From Catajapyx aquilonaris (lineage: Eukaryota): a stretch of DNA of 64,000 bases. The notes beneath the pieces are model-generated. The model made no database searches. It saw nothing but the letters and a program-made list of their open reading frames with translations, and was not told where the DNA came from. The stretch spans positions 1-64,000 of the forward strand of contig JYFJ02001888.1 of the NCBI GenBank assembly GCA_000934665.2, given 5' to 3'. Positions 1 to 9,900 of the stretch are shown piece after piece (the first letter of the stretch is position 1; every line of letters starts with the position of its first letter). The translations under genes were made by a program, and so were the position numbers.

Positions 1-362
1 CCCCCCCCCCACTTTTTAAAAAACCTAAGGGGCCGATGATATGGTGCATCCATCTCTCAAATGGCTCCTATAGGCCTGTAGGGAACAGAAAAGGGCAGGT
101 TAACTTCTTCTTTTTGAAATTCGCAAAGAGCCTGAGAGGAAGGTTTGCACATTTTGCAACACCTAGACAACGTGGATGACGAAGCCAGTGTGGTAAAATG
201 GAGATTAGAATTATTTTCTAAATTGAGGATATGCTGACACTCTAAAATGATCAAGGAACAGGTGCTAATGATACACCTGCCCATAATGTGGTAATGAATC
301 AATCAAAGCGTCATCTTCATAATCATAAACACCACGCGTGCATAATTAACGATACTTTTAAG

Positions 363-369
363 TATAAAT
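363..369 (+). promoter_or_regulatory. TATA box of lipocalin paralog A
   Basis: TATAAAT in the context AAGTATAAAT, at the equivalent position upstream of both paralogs. Confidence 0.6.
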
Positions 370-548
370 GTGAGATTTGTTATTCCTCCTTAATAAGTAG
401 TGTTTGGATCTTCAGTAGTTGTGCTCAGCCGGCAGCACTTCTAAGCTAGAATTTTGATGGTGTGTCTTGCTTCTGACTTCTATTTTCCAAGTTCATTGGT
501 TACTTAAGGTTATGATAACCATTTAACTGCATGTTTTGTCAATTGCAG

Positions 549-1313
549 ATGTCAGCCATAGTCTCACATTGCCTTCTGTTGTGCCTCCTGATTGCCATAA
601 GTCATGGTTGCAGGCACGATGAAGCTGCGAAAAATCTGGACTTATCCCTGGTGAGTACACATCTACATAAAATGGGGTGGGGGGCATAGTTTCTACAAGT
701 ACATTGTCTATTCTACCCTCACCTTAGGTGAAAGGAACTTTTGTAGAAGTGGAAATCACTGAGGATAAACCAACGACGGATTGCATGGAGTACACTATTT
801 TGTTCGAACCAACAGACAAGGCGATAATGCTCCATGGACACTTTTATGATATTGGGTATGACAGACAATGCATCACATTATCATCTTTCAGAAGTGCAAC
901 ACTGAGTTGTGTTACAGAACTGGCAAGTGGGATATCATCAGGGTGACACTGCATCAGCATCCGACTGACAAGACTGCTTTTGCGCCACAACAAGCCTGGA
1001 CTGATAAGATGGAAACATCCATTAAATGGCACAGTGTTGAGAGTGCTAAAGTACTCAAGGCAGATGGACATCACATTGTCTGGTCCCTGTGCTTTAATGA
1101 TGGAACTGGTATGGGGAAATTTCATTTATGTAGAATCTCATGAGTGTTTCATCAAAATGTTTTCCATTTTCAGATATGATCCTGATATTCCGTGCTAAGA
1201 ACTACACCGAAGATGGCACTTCCCTGAATGCACTGATGCAGGAGTATAATAAACTACCAGATGTGGCCAAGTTTCATTCTATCATGAATCAGAAAATATG
1301 TGATCAACTGTAG
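549..1313 (+). CDS. Secreted lipocalin (ApoD/bilin-binding-protein type), paralog A, 186 aa; exons 549-650, 728-855, 918-1108, 1174-1313
   Basis: All three introns are GT-AG with phases 0,2,1 and give an open 561-nt frame: MSAIVSHCLLLCLLIAISHG|CRHDEAAKNLDLSLVKGTFVEVEI...TDCMEY...KVLKADGHHIVWSLC...LIFRAK...NQKICDQL*. It has a signal peptide, the lipocalin N-terminal motif (K-x-LD-x-x-x-x-x-G-T-aromatic) and four mature Cys spaced as in ApoD. Paralog B has the same exon structure. TATA at 363-369, AATAAA at 1368-1373. Confidence 0.85.
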
Positions 1314-1367
1314 AACTAACCTAGTGCTCTGTTATGTAACACAGAAGGGGATATGTAGATTGCTGGA

Positions 1368-1373
1368 AATAAA
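1368..1373 (+). terminator. Polyadenylation signal of paralog A
   Basis: AATAAA 55 nt after the TAG; paralog B has ATTAAA at the equivalent position. Confidence 0.65.
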
Positions 1374-1562
1374 GTGAATGTAAAAGAATAATTTCGTGGT
1401 TTATACTCATTAAAAAACAGGATTTGAGCAGTGTGCTATTTTTCAGAAGTTAAAAAAGGCTTAAGCTCTTTTTTTAAACACCAAAAACGACTAATGAGAA
1501 ATTGCAAATTGCTTGTACAGCACATTGAGTCCAGTACAAGAAGCATGAATACATACGTATAT

Positions 1563-3545
1563 GAGGCATTCCACGTCAAGCGGGCCACCTTTCCGACAAA
1601 TCTTTGAGGACCTTGACCAAATTTTAGTGACATATACTACTCATCGACCTATGCCGGAAGCCAAATTATTATGCCTCTGCGTTGCGTGGTTGCGTAACTA
1701 CAGGGTGCGGAACCTACCAATTTATACGGATTTTTGCTTAGCATGCAGTCACTTGGATTACCATAACTCCAAGAGGATAAGTGCAAATCCGAAACTTGAT
1801 GTGTGCGTTGGATACCTTATTTAACGCGCTATGGGATGGCTATACTGATGATTACGACAATCAAAAATTTAAAGTCAAAAATTAGCGCTCAAATTTTCAT
1901 TTTCATTTTTCTCAAACTTGGCCCCTTTAGAGATTTTTTAAAAATGGCCATTAAAATGAAGCTGGACATGTCTGGCCGTTATTTCCGAAAACTCTACGAG
2001 GACGAATTTGGTCTTTCACGCGCTGGAACCAGACACGCAACCCGTTAATGGATTTTTGCTTCTCATGCAGTAACTTGGATTACCATAACTCCAAGAGGAT
2101 AAGTGCAAATCCTAAATTTGATGTGTGCATTGGACAGGTATTTTCACACTCTGTAAGATGGGTATTCTCATTTTAATAAAATCCAAAAATTTGGATCCAA
2201 AATGGCGTCCAAAATTATGATTTTTCACATTTCTCATTAATCTACCCATACGATTGGTTTTGGATGGCACTTGAAATTGCACCGGAAATGTTTTCTAGAG
2301 ATTTACGCGAAATGTGGAGCACAGAAGTCCCATTATATGCCACCTACAAAACATTTCATGCATTTTAAGCGCTTCTGAGAAAGGAGTTGGCTTCAGGATT
2401 TTTTGAGAATTTTTATTGTCGGGTAAGGATGATCTTTAAAAAACCTTTCACGGGGATACATGATTAAGTAGACATTTTTCGATCCAGAAATAATTTTTTA
2501 AATACCAACTTTACAATAGTATCATTGTTATTAAGCAACAATGAGAAGGGCTGATCGCTTCATGAGATATCTGATTGTTGCTGAATAACAATTGCTAAGT
2601 TGGCAGTTTTAAAATTATTTCTGGATCGAAAAATGTCTACTTAATCATGTATCCCCGTGAAAGGTTTTTTAAAGATCATCCTTACCCGACAATAAAAATT
2701 CTCAAAAAATCCTGAAGCCAACTCCTTTCTCAGAAGCGCTTAAAATGCATGAAATGTTTTGTAGGTGGCTTATAATGGGACTTCTGTGCTCCACATTTTG
2801 CGTAAATCTCTAGAAAACATTTCCGGTGCAATTTCAAGTGCCATCCAAAACCAATCGTATGGGTAGATTAATGAGAAATGTGAAAAATCATAATTTTGGT
2901 CGCCATTTTGGATCCAAATTTTTGGATTTTATTAAGATGAGAATACCCATCTTACAGAGTGTGAAAATACCTGTCCAATGCACACATCAAATTTAGGATT
3001 TGCACTTATCCTCTTGGAGTTATGGTAATCAAAGTTACTGCATGAGAAGCAAAAATCCATTAACGGGTTGCGTGTCTGGTTCCAGCGCGTGAAAGACCAA
3101 ATTCGTCCTCGTAGAGTTTTCGGAAATAACGGCCAGACATGTCCAGCTTCATTTTAATGGCCATTTAAAAAAATCTCTAAGGGGGCCAAGTTTGAGAAAA
3201 ATGAAAATGAAAATTTGAGCGCCAATTTTTGACTTTAAATTTTTGATTGTCGTAATCATCAGTATGGCCATCCCATAGCGCGTTAAATTAGGTATCCAAC
3301 GCACACATCAACTTTCGGATTTGTACTTATCCTCTTGGAGTTATGGTAATCCAAGTGACTGCATGCTAAGCAAAAATCCGTATAAATTGGTAGATTCCGC
3401 ACCCTGTAGTTACGCAACCACGCAACGCAGAGGCATAATAATTTGGCTTCCGGCATAGGTCGATGAGTAGTATATGTCACTAAAATTTGGTCAAGGTTCT
3501 CAAAAAATTTGTCGGAAAGGTGGCCCGCTTGACGTGGAATGCCTC
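1563..3545. mobile_element. Non-autonomous foldback DNA transposon with ~935-bp terminal inverted repeats (Sola2-like)
   Basis: 1563-2497 is the reverse complement of 2611-3545 with only scattered substitutions and two 1-nt indels. Termini are GAGG...CCTC, flanked by ATAT (1559-1562, 3546-3549). No transposase ORF. The Sola2 label rests on recalled GRG..CYC termini, 4-bp TSD and very long TIRs. Confidence 0.85.
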
Positions 3546-3854
3546 ATATGTATAATAATTATTTAATAGAACCTATGTAGGTTCATCATGGGGTATGGAA
3601 AAAAAAATAAACAATTTAAAAAAGAATGTCATCAGAATAATGGAACGGAGTAGGCATCAATAAAATTAACGTAATGTCAGTTACCATACTAGTCTATATT
3701 GCATTATTTCAAACAGTATCTTGCGTGTTTCGTATTCGTAACTGCAGCACATTTTAAGCACTACTCTCCTGCCCAGTTGCCCTTGAGATCATAGTCAACT
3801 AACCCTACCAAAAATATTAAAATCATTAATCAGGTAATAAAAATACCGGTAGTC

Positions 3855-4090
3855 CATTAATCGGAGGAAATCCAAGCAAATGACCCTGAAAACAAGACAA
3901 CCTCCCACTGGTTCAGAGAGTTCCTGAACAACCAGCATATCGTTCAGATCATCACTGAATCCAAAGCAATGAGATTTAATACCACGTCAAGAGCTCTTGA
4001 CCACGTAGCATCCTTTAGCATTTAGATTCCTGCCAATATTCAAGACACATTAGGCCACATTGCTCTTTTCGATTCACAATGGAAATCGCA
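3855..4090 (+). mobile_element. Degenerate LINE apurinic-endonuclease fragment (CR1/L2/Jockey-like)
   Basis: A frameshifted translation gives LIGGN..., EFLNNQHIVQIITES...TSRALDHV and TLGHIAL, resembling the GDFN, L-Q-I-x-x-P-T-R, LDH and SDH motifs of LINE endonucleases. Confidence 0.5.
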
Positions 4091-4522
4091 TGCCCATTTG
4101 AGGTTTGAGTAAACGTGGATCATCCTGCCAGTCGTATGCTTCCTTCAAAACACCAAATTACTCAAGTATGTTACTCAAATAATTATGATGACCATAATAT
4201 TCCCTATTTAACAGTGGGTGGTACAAAAAATTAACACATCATTACCTCTATCTTGAAGGAAGTAGGCCTACTAATATTTTGCAACAACTAGAAAAGCGCA
4301 TTGACGAAATGAATGATGGAATAAGTGTGACAAAAAATTGGCATAATATGCAATCGTAAGTTGAGGAAATGTGCTGTTAATTGAAAAGAAATCATTCAGG
4401 TGATGAAATTCGCATAATGACGGTACACTTAACCCATAATATGGTAATGAATTTTCTCATCTTCCTGTCCAATATGACATATGGAGTCATAAAAGTCACG
4501 CATCATTAATATGATTTCTAAG

Positions 4523-4529
4523 TATAAAT
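4523..4529 (+). promoter_or_regulatory. TATA box of lipocalin paralog B
   Basis: TATAAAT at the position homologous to 363-369. Confidence 0.6.
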
Positions 4530-4702
4530 ACGAAAGCTGCTCGCGAACGACATCATTATTCGTCAAGAATTTGGTGTCAGCTATTCTATTCAAAGTACAG
4601 CATTTCTAAGCCATAATATTGTTATGGTACGCTTCTGACATATCTTATCAGAAAAGTTGCACTTCAGTAAGTTACTGCTAAAACCTGTTTTGTACAACAC
4701 AG

Positions 4703-5474
4703 ATGGCGCCCATCCTCCTCTTGTTGTGCCTCACGATTGCCGTAAGTCAGGGCTGTGTACACGAAGAAGCGGTGAAAGACCTGGACTTATCTAAGGTGAG
4801 TGTAATGAACTTCTTTGCACTCTCGCTACAAGTGACACCAGCACCATTCTGACAATGGGTAACATTAATTCTGCCATCAGATTGCAGGAACATTTGTAGA
4901 ATCAGAAATCACTGAGAACCCTCCAATCACAGACTGCATGGAGTACACTATTGTGTATGAACCAAAGGACAAGACAATACTGATCCATGGGCACTTCTAC
5001 GATATAGGGTATATTATAAGTTAGACAGTACAAAAAATAATTTTCCTTCAGGAGTGTAACAGTGAGTCTCATTTCAGACTTGGCAAGTGGGATATTTTCA
5101 GTGTGACGTTCGAGCAGCACCCGACTGACAAGACCGCTTTCCTTCCAAATGTCATCACAGAAAAGCCCAGCTCCGTTAGCTGGAAAAGCATTGCTAGTAG
5201 TAAAATCATCAAGGCAGACAAACAGCACCTTGTCTGGTCCTTGTGCCTTGTGGATGGAACTGGTACTGTGCAAGGTTACACATAATAGATTAAAAACAGG
5301 TATATATTGACAGATGCATTATTTTCTCTTACAGATATGATAATGATAAACCGAGCAAAGAACTACACTGAAGATGAGTCTACTCTGCACACACTGATGC
5401 GGGAGTATAATAAAATACCAGAACTGGCCAAGTTCCATTCTATTACAGACCAGAAAAGATGTGAGGCACTGTAG
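4703..5474 (+). CDS. Secreted lipocalin (ApoD type), paralog B, 181 aa; exons 4703-4795, 4881-5008, 5078-5262, 5335-5474
   Basis: GT-AG introns with phases 0,2,1 give an open 546-nt frame: MAPILLLLCLTIAVSQG|CVHEEAVKDLDLSKIAGTFVESEI...TDCMEY...KIIKADKQHLVWSLC...IMINRAK...TDQKRCEAL*. The C-terminal TDQxxC resembles ApoD. Exons 2 and 4 are the same length as in paralog A (128 and 140 nt). About 64% mature-protein identity to A by manual count. Confidence 0.87.
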
Positions 5475-5525
5475 TAATAACCACTACACTATGTAGTGAG
5501 TGAGACATGTAGTAAGACGATTGGA

Positions 5526-5531
5526 ATTAAA
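5526..5531 (+). terminator. Polyadenylation signal (ATTAAA) of paralog B
   Basis: TGGAATTAAAG aligns with TGGAAATAAAG downstream of paralog A. Confidence 0.55.
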
Positions 5532-5583
5532 GCTGATGTAATAGCAGTGAGAACATAATAACACTATTGTGTCAGGTTCCATT

Positions 5584-5589
5584 TTTATT
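5584..5589 (-). terminator. Candidate polyadenylation signal of the testican/Cow gene
   Basis: First canonical minus-strand AATAAA I found downstream of the stop at 6851; implies a ~1.3-kb AT-rich 3' UTR. Confidence 0.45.
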
Positions 5590-6850
5590 TACTTCATCAC
5601 CTACATGAGATTTCTTTTTCCTCTTTACACATCTTATATCTAACCAATATTTTCTCCCACCAAGTTTTAAGTCCAGTACCTCTTTTTTGTAAATCAATTT
5701 CCATAATGTCAAACTCTTTTGGAGGGTATTTTGCATGTTAGCTGAGAAAAAAAGGACAATTAAGTATTGCTCAGATTTGTATCGGATTTTTAAACAAAGT
5801 ACATCACAGCTCTAACAGTTCTTCCTCGTTACGTGTAAGTTACAAAAGCATAGTTTGTACATCACCACTCCCAAAAACAAACAATACAACACAATAATTG
5901 CACTATACAAGTTAAAGAAAATTACAGGCAGGGAAGGAATTTTTAAGTACGGTACCACTATGAAATAACTCACTAGAGTTAATACTGCAGTTAAATCATC
6001 GTTCTGTCAAACCTGACGAGTATTTACCTTTAACTTTCATTCCCCCCTCCCCCCACCCACCATTTGAAGATTACCAAATTACAATAAAACGGTTCATATA
6101 AAAAGCTTATTGTGTGGACGACACCGAGTTGTTTCTCTACCGTTAGCAACTTTTTTTTTCGGTTTTGAAATCCTAGGACAGTATTTATGCTCCTTTAATA
6201 TTAGTTAAGAGTAGTTAATTATTATTACAGATAACACATGCAAGACACCCACTTTTTCACTGCTTTTGGGGGACACACCAAAAAACATTTTTGGGGGCGT
6301 GTTTTTTTTTCCTCTTGTCACTGGTGAAACAGTCATAAGCTCTATTTTTGGAAATAATGCAATTTGTTTGCAAAATGGTACAACAAAGCAGAAAATTCAT
6401 ATCTAGGCAGTCAGGAAATAAATAAGCAGGGAAATTATAAACTACTGAGGTAGGTAGCAGCCATATGTTCCTAATCAGAGAGCAGAAAATAATAGACGAG
6501 TGTGAAGTGTTACTTGCCACGGCACTAAAATGAATAGTAACTTTTTGAAAACCCCTAAAAACGTCACTGCTATACCTACAGTATATAACATCTTCCACAT
6601 CACTTTTTTGTGTGACTAAATGCTTCGTGACCAGTTATTAGATATATTAATGCTACCTATATAAAGCGGCCTATAATTTCCTATTTTTTATGCCTTTTTT
6701 TTTAAGGAGGGAAGGGATGAAGAGTTGGGAGATTTGGTAAGGGTTTGTGGATATGGAAAGAGGTTGGGTTTGGAGGGTGGGTGGAAATTAACGCGTTAAA
6801 AAACTTTACACACTTGTTTTCCTTCATGGAGTGCAACGATAGGATGTTCT

Positions 6851-6942
6851 TCAAAACTCAAGCGGTTGGTCTGCACTTCCCTCGATATCGTTATCATCAT
6901 CGTCATCATCCAGGTTGTTTTCCGCCTTGCCAATGAGTGATT
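6851..6942 (-). CDS. Cow: Cow last coding exon: acidic tail
   Basis: ESLIGKAENNLDDDDDDNDIEGSADQPLEF*; acceptor ccttgcag, phase 1. Confidence 0.9.
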
Positions 6943-9900
6943 CTGCAAGGAGGAAGGAAATTAATATGATGCATATGAGGAGGGTTGTTCAAACAGCGGG
7001 GATAACCGCACTCACCACAGTCAGGCTTTCCCCTGGTGCGTGTATTGGCATACTCGACACCATGCTTGTCTACACACCAACACATGCCCACTGACCCATG
7101 ACACTGGGTTGACTTGTAGTAGCCATCATTGTCACAGTCAGGCACGTATGCACCTGAAAAGGAATGAAAGATAAATTATGATCATTAGACATTTAAGAGA
7201 TACACATGTCACAACATCAGAAAAAATTCGATGCAATTCACTCGCATGAATAACTTCATTCCCATGGACAGGATAAAAGTGATGTGACAGAACATTTCTA
7301 AAAATAAGGACAACCGTTGTCTGAATGAAGAAAATACCAAGCAACATCAATAAAAATATAGTATCTTAAGAGATTAAAGAGGGTGAACTGATGCTGTGTA
7401 ATTCACGTGATTGTGACTATAAATTGAGGAAATTAATTATAATTTATGTTGGGGGTTGTCTAGTTCACCCGCATAACAAATGGTTCTTGACATTAGAGAG
7501 ACAGTACAGAGAGAACTGTAGGTATTCCAAGATGGACCCTGAACCAAATCTCTTCATGTCCAAAATCTGTAAGGGTCGGTAACAACATATTAAATTTTAA
7601 AATTAAATTAAATTTATTTTAATTTATTTTACTCCGTGACAGGACGAAGCCCTTTTAGGGGGGTGGCATACCACTATCTATTTTCTTCGATTTTTCTGAC
7701 TCTTACTTCACACATGGGTGGGGCCAAGGATAGGGACGAAAGGAAGTGGCTGTGGCCGATTTTTACAGAAACGACCCCGGAATTGTCCCGGGGGGACCGT
7801 GGGAAACCACAGAAAACCACGGTCAATGTTGCCGGCCCCGGGATTCGAACCCAGGACCTCCCGATTAGTAGGCTGACTCCAAATCCACTGCACCAACCCG
7901 CTTCGGTCAACATCTTCATATTTGTGCTGCATTTGTATATTTAACACAGTGCCAAATAATTTTAACACTAGATGAAATCATACTGAAGTGGAACAAAATA
8001 AATCAACCACTGCGAGTAAAAAGCCTAGTAGAATGCAACAGAGAAAAAAAGCAGTTGCGCATAAAGTACAATGCGGCACATTTGCGGCACATTATGGTCA
8101 ATTAACCATTCGTTGTTACAGTCGAGGAGGATAACCAGAGAGTGTTATACTGTAGAAAAACAATTTGATAAAAGCTTCCCAAGGGTAATAGAATACACAT
8201 GAGTGTGGAACTCCATTTGTATTCATTACAGTCCAAGCATTGGTACTGTTCACTGTATGCTGCAAGTGCAACTCACCCAGCATGCCTGGAGTGACCCTCC
8301 TCTTGACTGCAGCACATGGCCTGTCTGACTTATCGAAGCACTTGCACCACTCATCAGGCGAGATGAAGATGTCCCTGTCTGAGTCACACCTGTCGAAGAA
8401 AGGCTTCATGCAGCGCTCATTCTGGTCATGCTCCAGGTCATAGAGCTCCTGCAGGGACAGCTGTGTGTCATCATCCACATTCAGATGCTGGAACATCCAC
8501 TGCACCTCACGCTTGCAGTATGTTGGGAAGTGAACTGAAATACATTGGAATTTTAAAGATTCAAAAAGGCTATCAGCAAAGAACTACATTTCATTACAAC
8601 TACACAAGTTGATATGTATCTGCCTAATGTGGAACTTGTAATAAAGACTTGTAACACTGCCTTAGTACTACCATGTGCATTAGGTAGGCTACTAGTAACC
8701 AGAGGTGATTGGTTCTAAGAATGTCACATGGCCTATTGGAGCTTCCCGACCTGCTTCAGACTCTACTGAACATTATCTGGAATAACCAATTTAGCACAGT
8801 CAACATCCCTTGTTGGACTGACCTCCAGTCTTGCGTGATCGCCTCTTGCTCTTGTCCTTCTTGGCTTCAGCCATCACCACTGAGAACCAATCCAAGAGCC
8901 GATTTCCCATTGTCTCCATAGCAGCTGGGGTGCAATCTGACAGGGTCAAGTCTGGAAGGAAACACCAGAATATTAGAAAACCCAGTTCATAATTTAGTGA
9001 AGAGTAATGAAAATAACAGTCAAAAAACGAAACCTTTCTTCCAAGAATTGGTGCTGATTCCAACTTTGTTGCTGAGGACCTCATTGTCTTCGGGGTTGGC
9101 CAACTTGGAATGCTGGAAAATGTAAATACTATAATAATTTTACTGTACATCGGGATGGAGAACAATCAGAGTTACAGCATGCAACAAGTTGACATTATTT
9201 AAAATACAAAATAAGGTCACATTACTAATAATCTCGAGATCACATAATCCTGAAACAACAGTCGTCTAATCTGGATTTCCTTTTCTGAGAAACTCCACGA
9301 GTACTCTCGTCATCAAGAGTGATGCATCTCCAAATAATCATGTTATCAAGTTTTAATGAGGTGGTTCTTTACGCCCTGCTTTTCAAAAACTTATTCCCAA
9401 CCAGGTTGGGAAGTTCGGGAAGCCATTAAGACTGGAAAATTAGCTACACAAGAAGCTTTGTGCGGGAACCTAAATTGCACTTGATGCTAATACGCTCCGA
9501 GGTCTGGCACGTTACACCAGTCCTACAGACTCCCTTGTTACAAAAAAAAAAAAAGTAACACCCTGATAACTCCCAATTATATTAGACATCAGGTGTATGG
9601 AGTATTTCTAAACCTTTTTACCTTGTTGTACTTGGTGTACTTGAGGTACTTGTAATGCTTGTTCTTGAACTTGATTTCCTCTGGAGTGAACCTGTACTTA
9701 TCTTCTTTCAGCTTGGTCTTGTTCTCCTTCAGCGGCTTGAATTTGTACTTGTTGATGAAATTCACACGACCCTCCTTATCCTTCTTCTTCAGGCGGATGA
9801 CCGGCTCAGCTGAAAGGAAAGAAAATAAGTCAACGTTTCAAAAATATAACTAATAATTTCACACACACTTAAAACATATTTTTTTACATCAAAATAATTA

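Noticed and set aside
856..891. Nearer acceptor (tttcag at 891) for lipocalin A intron 2
   Set aside because: Gives a 36-nt intron and a stop at 944-946; the acceptor at 917 keeps the frame and matches paralog B.
1561..3480. Mirror-image ORFs 1561-1824 (+) and 3283-3480 (-) with near-identical peptides
   Set aside because: A by-product of the inverted repeat; no transposase or other domain motifs.
7835..7903. tRNA gene
   Set aside because: A and B boxes are present, but there is no closing acceptor stem and it continues into a repeated body and A-rich tail, so it is a SINE.
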